The notes beneath the pieces are model-generated. The model saw only the letters and a program-made list of their open reading frames with translations. It made no database searches and was not told the DNA's origin. 48,044 nt of DNA from Sphingobium sp. (GTDB taxonomy: Bacteria; Pseudomonadota; Alphaproteobacteria; Sphingomonadales; Sphingomonadaceae): the NCBI GenBank assembly GCA_050176605.1, contig JBFXHW010000001.1:1-48044 (forward strand), written 5' to 3'. The position numbers and the translations under genes are program-made. This document shows positions 1 to 9,203 of the stretch, piece by piece; the first letter of the stretch is position 1, and each line of letters opens with the position of its first letter.

Positions 1-150
1 GAACGCCCACAACAGCACGGCGGAAATGACCATCCACAGCGCGCTGTTGGTAAAGGCGACATTATATCCGCCCAGCGCCCAGTGATCGGTACCGAACAGC
101 GGCTCGATCGCAAACTGGTGCATCGGGTCGATTTTGCCGGATTCTGCCAC
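1..150 (-). CDS. atpB: F0F1 ATP synthase subunit a, N-terminal part (continues beyond window start)
   Basis: Manual translation from GTG at 150: MAESGKIDPMHQFAIEPLFGTDHWALGGYNVAFTNSALWM. DPMHQF and FTNSALWM are typical of alphaproteobacterial subunit a, and the gene follows atpI. Confidence 0.9.
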   Translation of the reverse strand, partial: MAESGKIDPMHQFAIEPLFGTDHWALGGYNVAFTNSALWMVISAVLLWAF

Positions 151-195
151 GCTCTAGCCCCTAAATCCCAACCATATCCTGCAACGAAAGCGCCC

Positions 196-516
196 TCATT
201 GCTTCGGGCGCTGCGTCGAAAGCCTGATGATGTTCCTGAAGGCCACGATTATCCCCAGAAAGAGGAAGACCAGCAGGAGCCAGGGTTGCGTGCCGAGGAA
301 GCGATCGAGGACCCACCCCACCAGCGCGCCACCGGCAAGTCCCCCGATCAGCTCGGCCAATACGCGATTGCCAAGGCGGGTGTTTTCATCCGCCTTCTCA
401 TCGCGCTTGCCGGTTCTGACCCTTTCGGTGTGCTCCGCCTGTTCGATTCGCTTTTCCAGCGAAGCGATGCGTGGATCTTCACCAATGGGGTCTTGCCCGG
501 GCTCGATTTCCGACAT
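196..516 (-). CDS. atpI: AtpZ/AtpI-family ATP synthase accessory membrane protein
   Basis: Motif ELIGGLAGGALVGWVLDRFLGTQPWLLLVFLFLG; directly upstream of atpB; GGAG lies upstream of ATG 516. Confidence 0.85.
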   Translation of the reverse strand: MSEIEPGQDPIGEDPRIASLEKRIEQAEHTERVRTGKRDEKADENTRLGNRVLAELIGGLAGGALVGWVLDRFLGTQPWLLLVFLFLGIIVAFRNIIRLSTQRPKQ

Positions 517-595
517 TTCCTGCCTCCTTTCCCATTTTTCGGCATGGGAAGGGAACGCATGAACTGCAAAAACCGCACCCGTCAAGGCGCGGCCC

Positions 596-624
596 GTTTA
601 GAAAGCGTGTCAGCGCAAGTCAAC
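596..624 (-). promoter_or_regulatory. Probable sigma70 promoter of the atpI-atpB operon
   Basis: Minus strand GTTGAC-N17-CTAAAC resembles the alphaproteobacterial consensus CTTGAC-N17-CTATAT. Confidence 0.5.
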
Positions 625-679
625 CGGCGTAATGCCCCTGTTGACCGCTATGTGCTGCAGCGCGGCAAAAAGGCCGCGC

Positions 680-1069
680 TCAGCCCGCCGTCGTGCAATA
701 ATCCGGCAGGGAAATCGGTCCTGCTCCCTTGGTCTGCCAGGGGCCTGAGCCGATTCGATAGACCTGCCCGGTCTTCACCCGCGTCGCCAGTGTCTGGCAG
801 CCGGTGGCCGCGGCGGCGTCCGCGACCGTGACACCGCGTTTGGCGGCGAGATCGGTATAGGCCGCGCGGCGCTTGATGTTGATCGCGTCCACCTCGGCAC
901 GGATGGCATCGCTCACCGTCCCGGCGATGCCGAGATAGCCGTCGGCTTGCTCGCCGACGCTGCCAGCGGCCAGCGCCTGCGAAACCTGCGCGCGGACGGG
1001 GGCCGAAAAGGCGAAACCGGCGGCGAGAACGCCGAGCGCGGCTGCTGCGAATAGGGTTTTGCGTGTCAT
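680..1069 (-). CDS. ydbL: YdbL (DUF1318) family periplasmic protein
   Basis: Signal peptide, GEQADGYLG and INIKRRAAY motifs; ATGA overlap with the ynbE stop; third gene of a ydbH-ynbE-ydbL arrangement. Confidence 0.8.
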   Translation of the reverse strand: MTRKTLFAAAALGVLAAGFAFSAPVRAQVSQALAAGSVGEQADGYLGIAGTVSDAIRAEVDAINIKRRAAYTDLAAKRGVTVADAAAATGCQTLATRVKTGQVYRIGSGPWQTKGAGPISLPDYCTTAG

Positions 1070-1290
1070 TGCGGGAACAACTCCGGATTGTTTTCGATAA
1101 GGTCTTGTGCGTCCTTTTGCAGGCGCACGATTACTTCCTGCTGCACCTTGACGTTGAGATTGATCTCGATCGGCTTTTCCGGTGCCTTCACGGTTATGCA
1201 GGCGCTCAGCGGCAATGCCAGCGCAAGCAAGGCCGGAAAGGCGACGGTGGGGCGAACATGGCGTTCGATCTCCTCGTGAAATTCGGTCAT
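1066..1290 (-). CDS. ynbE: YnbE-family lipoprotein
   Basis: Lipobox LSAC followed by ITVKAPEKPIEINLNVKVQQEV; overlaps the ydbH stop. Confidence 0.85.
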   Translation of the reverse strand: MTEFHEEIERHVRPTVAFPALLALALPLSACITVKAPEKPIEINLNVKVQQEVIVRLQKDAQDLIENNPELFPQ

Positions 1291-4200
1291 TTTCCCTCCC
1301 TTGGTGGCATAGTGTCGCTTTCGCGGGGCTGAACGGCAAGTCTGTTTTCACGCACCGTGGTCACCTGCTCGCCGAGCTGCTGGCGAACAAGCAGGCCGGG
1401 GTCATAGAAGGAACGGGCCGTATTGAGCAGGCCACGGAACGGCGCCTCTATCTTCACATTGAAAATGAACGGCAAACCGATGAACTGGCTGGCAATCGGC
1501 TTGGGTACGCTGGAAAGTTCGCCGCGATTGACGCCGTTGAAGGCCACCTGCGTCACCACTTCCCCGTCGATCGCGCCGTCCATCAGGATGGTGAGGCATT
1601 TATACTGGAGGTCCTTGAGCGCGTCGAAGGCGACCTTGCCCATGAAGCCCACATCCTCGTTCGAGACCTGCCCGACATAGGAAAGCCTGCCGCCCTGCCT
1701 GTTCCGGTCGCAGGGAATGTCTAGCCCCTCGATACGGTCGATGATGAACGGCGGCATCCCGTTTTGCCGCGCGGTGATGACCCCGCCGACGATTTGCCCG
1801 CCGTCGGCATCGAACACCATCGGCAGCAGGCCGTCGAACGTACCGGTGGCGGAGATGTTTTCCAGCTCCAGAAGCTGGATGAAAGCCCCTGCATCGAGGC
1901 CGAGAATGCGGAACGTCAGGTGGCGCGGCGCCTCGGAACTCATGTCCATCTGCGTCGGCAACAGGGTGAGGTCGCCGCCCGCGAACGGCCAGTGGCCGCT
2001 TTCGATCGCCACGCGCTGGCCGGGCAGCAGCCTGTAACGGATCAGGCCGTCGCGGACGATGATGCCGGGATTGACGACAGCGAGGCGCATCTCCTGCCCC
2101 GGCGCGGTCTCCAGGCCCAGCAGGTCGGTAAAGTGAATGCTGGTCGAAAGACCCTCGACCGGCCCGAAGGCGGCGGCGAGGTTCAGCCCCTCGGTCGAAA
2201 AATCGCCGCTGCTGGTAACGCCGTCTGGTGTCCAGTCGATCCGCCCGCGCCCGTCGACCGTCCCGAAAACATTGGCGACGACGCCGAGCGCAATATGGGT
2301 GATCTCGTCGGGCTGGAGCTGTTTGTCGAAACGCAGTGCATCGACCAGCAGGTCGACATGCCCCCTGCCATCGTCGAGCATATGGCGGATGGTCACGGCG
2401 GCGATCGTGCGCGTGCCGCCCGGCAGACGCAGCGTGCCCTTGGCATCGATCCGGCTGTCCGCCAGAGTCAGGCGGAAATCGGGGGATTCGAGCGGATTGA
2501 AGCGGTCCGGATTGGCCTCGTCCAGCACCAGTATCCGGCCATCGAGCGCCAGCACCCCGCCTGCATAGCGCCAGCGCGCATCGCCCTCCCGCACCAGCAG
2601 CGGCACCGCGCCGATCTTTGCATCGATACCGCTCGCCTGACCGCCAAAACCGCCATCCTCCGCGCCGCCGTCGAGCCGCGCCGCCGAAAGCTGCACCGTC
2701 TCGCCGCGTTCGCCCAGCCGCATGTCCGCGTCGACAAGCGCGAAACCGCCTGATCCCACAGACCAGCGCGCCGACGAAGCCGAAAGCTGTAACGGCGTTT
2801 CGCCCATCCGCCCCGAAAGGCGCGGTTCTGCAACCACCGCGCCGCCGCCGATAGTGCCGCCGCGAACCGACACAAGCGCGTTTCCTTCCGGACAAAGGCG
2901 CATGGTCGCTGCGCCGAGCCGCATCGGCCCGGTCCGCAACTCCTCGAAATGCAAAGGCGCACAAGCGGGATTGATCACGACATCGCCAGCGCGGCCGACA
3001 ATGGCTGTCAACGGGAAATCGAGCCCGCGCAACTGGCCGTCCGGCATCGGCCCGTCGAGCCGCACCTGTGCAACGATCCGCGTCGTGCCGCCGGGCCGCG
3101 CGGTAAAGCGCACGGTGCCAAGATCGAGCCGCGCCCCTTCGGCCGCATAAGGCTCTACGAACATCTGGCCAGAAAAGCCGCCATTTTCCGCGCGTGTCAG
3201 GCGGAGCGCCATTTGCGGCAGGCCACCCCCGCCGCCGGAGATCGATCCGTTGAGCGCCCAGCGCGCATCTGGAAGCGACAGGTTGAGGCTGCTTCCACTG
3301 CCGAGCCCCAATCTGGCGCCGCGTGCACCGCGAAGATCAAGCGTCGTAAAGCGGATCTCGCCACCGCGGTCGGACCGGTCAAGCGTGAAATCACCCTGCA
3401 AACGGTTTCCGCGATGGAGCGCGCTCACCCCCTGCGCCAGTCTGGCGGCCAGCGGGCCGACCGGCGTTGCGGCCATGCTCGCCGCCGCATTGCGCAGTGC
3501 GCCTTCATCAATGCCGCGCACATCGGCCATGCGGATTCGCCCTTGCGCAGAGAGCCTTCCGTCGTTCTGCCAGTTCCATGCCGCGCGAACGTCGCTGCGG
3601 CCCGCACGGGTGCCGCCCCGGCGCAGCGCCCCAGCGGAGAGAGTTCCGTTGCCGCGAAGCTGACCGTCAGCCGTTCCGTCGAATCGCATGTCGATCGCCG
3701 GACGCGCGAAGGTCGTCCCCGCCCCGCGCGCAGCCTCTGCGCCGCCGCTCAGTCTGCCTGTCCACCGGTCGAAAGCCTTTGAAATCGAAACATCGGCGGT
3801 CAGCGACAGGTCCGCTGCCCCCATGCTGCCGCCATCGCATCGCAGGACATCGGTGCGAACTGGCCCGGAAAGCTGCATCGCTCCGTTTCGCATATGGATA
3901 TCGAGCCAGGCGGACGCGCGCGGACTGGTGCATCCCGCCACCGCCGCATTGCGGATCAACGCCGCGACCTTGCCCGCGAAACCCGATTGCAGATTGCCGT
4001 CGCCGCGGGCAACGATCCCGACCGGACCCGCAGGCGTTTCGAGGCGCATCCCGGCATCATCCAGCGTCAGGTCGATATCCGGCAGACCGAGCGGCGAGGT
4101 CGAGCTGGGATCCCGGAACTTGTCCAGTTCGCCGAGATGCAGCCCCTTGTCATCGATCCGCCCGAAAAGCCGCACCCCTCGCGCCCGGATGGCGGCCACG

Positions 4201-4505
4201 CGCGGCACGATGCTGGCATAGGAGAGATCGACCTCGACAGAGCGGGCTACGAGATCGGGGTGCGCGGGATCCCCGAGCACCAGATCCTCGATCCGCTGCG
4301 TGCGCACGGCGATCTGGGCTATCTTGTAAGTGGCGTGCGCACCCCGCGCGTCGAGCTGGCGCTCGACGAAATGCTCGGCGATCGGGGTCCGCTGCCACCA
4401 GAGCAGCAGGAGGGCGACCGCGATCACCGCCGCCGCGAGGAGCATGGCGAGCCGCCTGCGGCGATGGCCGCCCCGCATCTCGTCTGCATCCGCCACTTCG
4501 GTCAC
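1287..4505 (-). CDS. ydbH: YdbH-family AsmA-like intermembrane lipid transport protein
   Basis: About 1070 aa with one N-terminal TM segment and a Gly/beta-rich body; C-terminal GGRLSY...AFDALKDLQY...LDGE-like motif. GTG start at 4505 is tentative. Confidence 0.8.
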   Translation of the reverse strand: MTEVADADEMRGGHRRRRLAMLLAAAVIAVALLLLWWQRTPIAEHFVERQLDARGAHATYKIAQIAVRTQRIEDLVLGDPAHPDLVARSVEVDLSYASIVPRVAAIRARGVRLFGRIDDKGLHLGELDKFRDPSSTSPLGLPDIDLTLDDAGMRLETPAGPVGIVARGDGNLQSGFAGKVAALIRNAAVAGCTSPRASAWLDIHMRNGAMQLSGPVRTDVLRCDGGSMGAADLSLTADVSISKAFDRWTGRLSGGAEAARGAGTTFARPAIDMRFDGTADGQLRGNGTLSAGALRRGGTRAGRSDVRAAWNWQNDGRLSAQGRIRMADVRGIDEGALRNAAASMAATPVGPLAARLAQGVSALHRGNRLQGDFTLDRSDRGGEIRFTTLDLRGARGARLGLGSGSSLNLSLPDARWALNGSISGGGGGLPQMALRLTRAENGGFSGQMFVEPYAAEGARLDLGTVRFTARPGGTTRIVAQVRLDGPMPDGQLRGLDFPLTAIVGRAGDVVINPACAPLHFEELRTGPMRLGAATMRLCPEGNALVSVRGGTIGGGAVVAEPRLSGRMGETPLQLSASSARWSVGSGGFALVDADMRLGERGETVQLSAARLDGGAEDGGFGGQASGIDAKIGAVPLLVREGDARWRYAGGVLALDGRILVLDEANPDRFNPLESPDFRLTLADSRIDAKGTLRLPGGTRTIAAVTIRHMLDDGRGHVDLLVDALRFDKQLQPDEITHIALGVVANVFGTVDGRGRIDWTPDGVTSSGDFSTEGLNLAAAFGPVEGLSTSIHFTDLLGLETAPGQEMRLAVVNPGIIVRDGLIRYRLLPGQRVAIESGHWPFAGGDLTLLPTQMDMSSEAPRHLTFRILGLDAGAFIQLLELENISATGTFDGLLPMVFDADGGQIVGGVITARQNGMPPFIIDRIEGLDIPCDRNRQGGRLSYVGQVSNEDVGFMGKVAFDALKDLQYKCLTILMDGAIDGEVVTQVAFNGVNRGELSSVPKPIASQFIGLPFIFNVKIEAPFRGLLNTARSFYDPGLLVRQQLGEQVTTVRENRLAVQPRESDTMPPREGK

Positions 4506-4632
4506 TATGGGGTCCGATCCTCTTGTCCGTCCCGACCGCGCTGTGGCGAGGGCGGGGTCAGGCTGTGCGGGAACGCATCCCGCCCCCGTAAATATCCTTG
4601 CGGGGCGATTTGGCAACGCCTAGCCATGAACC

Positions 4633-5415
4633 ATGCGCGGAAAAGGGAAGGAATCGCAAGCGAATGGTGGGCAGACTGTCCATGACGCGATGGGCAGCCT
4701 GTTCACCGTCACGCCCGACGAGAGCACGCCGCCCTCGCAGCCCCGGCCGCACGAGGGAACCGGCCATCGCGCGCGGCTGCGCCAGCGACTTGCCGAAGGC
4801 CCCGATGCCCTGCTCGATCACGAATTGATCGAATATCTGCTGGCGCTCGCCATTCCCCGGCGCGACACAAAGCCGCTCGCCAAGGCGCTGATCGGGCATT
4901 TCGGCGGGATCGGAGGCGTGCTGAGCGCGGACTGGCATGCGCTCGTCCGGTTCCCGGGCATGGGAGAGACCAGCACCGCGGCGCTCAAGATCGCGCAGGC
5001 CGCAGCGCTGCGCCTGTTGCGCGCGCCAGTCGCGCAGCAGCCGATTCTGTCGAACTGGCAGGCGCTGCTCGATTATCTTCGTGCCGACATGGCATATCTG
5101 AAGGTGGAACGGGTGCGTGTACTCCATCTCAATGCCCGCAACATGCTTATCCGGGATGATCACATGGCCGACGGATCGGTCGATCAGGCGGCGATCTATG
5201 CTCGCGAGGTGATTCGCCGCGCGATCGACCTCGGCTCATCATCGGTCATTCTGGTCCATAATCATCCCAGCGGTTCGCCACAGCCCAGCCGGCAGGACAT
5301 AGAGGTGACGCGACAAATCATCGAGGCGGGAAAGCAGCTCGGCATCGCCGTCCATGATCACATCATCATCGGCGGAGAGGGGTTCGCCAGCATGCGATCC
5401 ATGGGCCTGTTCTGA
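4633..5415 (+). CDS. radC: RadC-family JAB domain protein
   Basis: GHRARLRQR, helix-hairpin-helix region, and HNHPSG-x3-PS-x2-D plus HDHIII JAB motifs. Start may be ATG 4690. Confidence 0.93.
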   Translation: MRGKGKESQANGGQTVHDAMGSLFTVTPDESTPPSQPRPHEGTGHRARLRQRLAEGPDALLDHELIEYLLALAIPRRDTKPLAKALIGHFGGIGGVLSADWHALVRFPGMGETSTAALKIAQAAALRLLRAPVAQQPILSNWQALLDYLRADMAYLKVERVRVLHLNARNMLIRDDHMADGSVDQAAIYAREVIRRAIDLGSSSVILVHNHPSGSPQPSRQDIEVTRQIIEAGKQLGIAVHDHIIIGGEGFASMRSMGLF

Positions 5416-5438
5416 CGGTCGACCAGCAGACAGGCACG

Positions 5439-5467
5439 AAAAAGGGCGGCGGTGGGCGCCGCCGCCC
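5439..5467 (-). terminator. Intrinsic terminator after the EF-hand gene
   Basis: Plus strand AAAAA-GGGCGGCGG-tgggcg-CCGCCGCCC: 9-bp GC stem with a U-tract on the minus strand. Confidence 0.75.
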
Positions 5468-5499
5468 CTCCCGGGGAACCAACCGGGCAGGCTACGGGG

Positions 5500-5877
5500 T
5501 CAGCCGCCCAAATAGCTGGTCAGTTCCGCCTTCGTGACGCTCGCGCTCTTGTCGGCATCGGCCGTTGCAAAGGCCGCCGACGCCCATGCGGTCAGCTCGG
5601 CCTGCGGCATCGTCGTGCCGGTCGACTTCATTTCCTGCGCCTTCAGGGCGAGGATCCATTTGGAAAATTCGGGCTGTTCTAGGGCACCCGACTTGTCGGC
5701 GTCATAGACCGGAAATTCGCTGTCCACCACCGCGGCGACCTGGTTGGTCGCGTTAGCGGGTGTCTCTGCCGTCGGGGTTTCCGCGCCCGCCGGAGCCGTC
5801 TGCATCTCTTGCGCCAGCGCCGGGCCTGCGATCGCAAGGGCCGCACCTGTCATCAAAATCCTTATCATCTGCCTCAT
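5500..5877 (-). CDS. Small exported EF-hand calcium-binding protein
   Basis: Signal peptide ending ALA-Q; two EF-hand loops, DADKSGALEQPE and DADKSASVTKAE. Confidence 0.8.
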   Translation of the reverse strand: MRQMIRILMTGAALAIAGPALAQEMQTAPAGAETPTAETPANATNQVAAVVDSEFPVYDADKSGALEQPEFSKWILALKAQEMKSTGTTMPQAELTAWASAAFATADADKSASVTKAELTSYLGG

Positions 5878-6226
5878 CCTTTGAACTTCAATATCTCGCC
5901 CCTGCACATCCTAGGTGACGCTTTGGCGGCAAGCGTTCAAGCCTTGCAATCGAGCCTTTCCCGGCCGGTCGACGCCAGTCGCTCGACCGGTCGCGAGCCT
6001 GTGCAAATTTTGCGACGGCTGCGTGTCGGCGCACCCTCCGGGCCCGCATCATTTTGTCCGCCCGGCCCTATGGCCGGACCATTTTGAAGAGGAGCACCGA
6101 CGCTCACCGATTCGGAAATGGGCCGGATTCAGTGGCGAGAGCACTGCGGAGCCGAATGACCGTTTGAGGTCATTCCGAAAATGCTCTAGGCGGCGCCCAT
6201 CATCTGAAAGCCGGAAGAGTCGCCCC

Positions 6227-7536
<1,310 letters not shown>

Positions 7537-7555
<19 letters not shown>

Positions 7556-9024
7556 TCTCCGGGCGGCGGCGCGGGCTGTTGTGCATCGGCGGACATCTTT
7601 CCATCCTGACCGCGCAGCTTGACCCGCCGCTCCACCACGAACTTTCCGACCAATCGCGCAAGACCGGCCGCCTCGGATGAGAGCGCCCGGGCGGCGGCAT
7701 TGGATTCCTCAACCATCGCGGCATTCTGCTGCGTCGTCATGTCCATCTCGGCAATGCTGACGCTGACCTGCTGCAGGCCGATCGCCTGCTCTTCCGCGAA
7801 GGACGCGATTTCGCGCGCCTGAACGGTCGCGTCGCTGACCTGATCGATGATCTGCTCCAGCGCCTGACCGGTCCTTCCGACCAGATCGACGCCCTTGTCG
7901 ACATCGCCCCCGGACTTGCTAATCAGCTCCTTGATATCCTTTGCCGATTCGGATGTCCGATGCGCCAGCGCACGGACCTCGGCCGCGACGACGGCGAACC
8001 CCTTACCCGCATCCCCCGCGCGCGCCGCCTCGACACCGGCATTGAGCGCCAGCAGATTCGTCTGAAAGGCGATCGCATCGATCACGTCGATGATCTTGGC
8101 TATTTCGGACGAGGATTGCTTGATCTTGTCCATCGCCGTGACGGCATCGCGAACAATCTCGCCGGCGGTGGATGCCTCGCGATAGACCAGCGAAACGCTC
8201 CCATCCACCTGCTTGGCGCTTTTGGCGGTGGACTGCATGCCGCGCACCATGGTCTGCATCACTTCGGCGGCTTCGGTCAGCGCCGCTGCCTGATGCTCTG
8301 TGCGAGTAGCGAGATCGCCCGCGGCCGAGCTGATCTCCGTTGCTCCGCAGTTGATGTTGTTGGCCGCCTCGGCCATCTGGCCGACCACCTGGCTCGTGCG
8401 CATCCGCATCATATGGAAATCCTGCGCGATCTGACCATAGGCGGCGGGCAGATCCTCAAGCTTCGCGCGAAGATCGCCGCCAGCCATTTGCGCGAGCGCA
8501 CCGCCGAGCGAGGAAATCACGCGCTGACGGGCTTTCTCCTCTTCCTCAAAATAGGCGGAAATCGCCACCTGCATGTCGATCAACGCCGTCTTGACCAGCG
8601 TCGCTATCATGTCGGCACGGGCCTGCGGGGTCAGCCTGCCCACAAGATCGCCTGAAAATACCGAGCCGATCAGCTCTTCCAGCACCAGCGCATATCCGCC
8701 GATATACAATTCCGGCGGCAGGCCGACCTTCGCGTGCACGCTTCCAATCTTCTGCGACCTCTCCTTTGCCGCCTGGTCGAACGCCCCGGAGTAGAGGTCG
8801 AGCCAATGATCGAATTGCGCGTCTGCAGCCTTGTCACGCTGCCCTTGGGTCGGCAGCAGGCCAGAGGCGACCGGGTGCTTGCCGATGCGTTCATAAAGTC
8901 TTGCAAGCGACTTTCGTCCGGCCCGCTTTATCAGGGCGCGAATACGCGGAAAATGCCGATAATTTTGTTCGGTCAGCCCGACAATGGGTTCGACCGCTGC
9001 GGTCCCGTTCTTTTTCTCGTTCAT
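7537..9024 (-). CDS. Soluble globin-coupled methyl-accepting chemotaxis protein (HemAT-like)
   Basis: N-terminal sensor globin (AQFDHW; IGSVHAKVGL with the proximal His; YIGGY), no TM helix, MCP signalling motif IAFQTNLLALNAGVEAARAG. Confidence 0.9.
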
Positions 9025-9093
9025 CGAAACGCCCCAAGCGTTGAATGCGGCCGATCACATAGGTGACTTCACCGAGGCACCGCGTCGACACTC

Positions 9094-9120
9094 CCATCGG
9101 GCATAGGTATCGAGGGTTAA
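9094..9120 (-). promoter_or_regulatory. Possible sigma28 (FliA) promoter of the globin-coupled MCP
   Basis: Minus strand TTAA-N15-CCCGATGG versus consensus TAAA-N15-GCCGATAA, about 70 nt upstream of the ATG. Confidence 0.4.
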
Positions 9121-9151
9121 CAACTGATTGGTTCCGGGCCAGATACCCTGG

Positions 9152-9178
9152 AAAAAAGGGGCCGGACGAGCCGGCCCC
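9152..9178 (-). terminator. Intrinsic terminator after the PhoX-like/RTX gene
   Basis: Plus strand AAAAAA-GGGGCCGG-acgag-CCGGCCCC: 8-bp stem with U6 on the minus strand. Confidence 0.8.
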
Positions 9179-9203
9179 ATTCCCAGGCAATTGATGAACG
9201 GTG

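Noticed and set aside
4633-5415. radC as a marker of a mobile element
   Set aside because: Full-length form in a housekeeping context, with no integrase or conjugation genes nearby.
5914-5940. ECF-type promoter (TGAAC...GTCA) for the EF-hand gene
   Set aside because: The 15-nt spacer is short and the match is too weak to support.
5915-6226. N-terminal extensions in the ORF track (purB here; also pyrF, trpA, accD, ampG, sdaA and others)
   Set aside because: Family-typical N-termini and stop/start overlaps indicate downstream starts. The extensions are open-frame artefacts.
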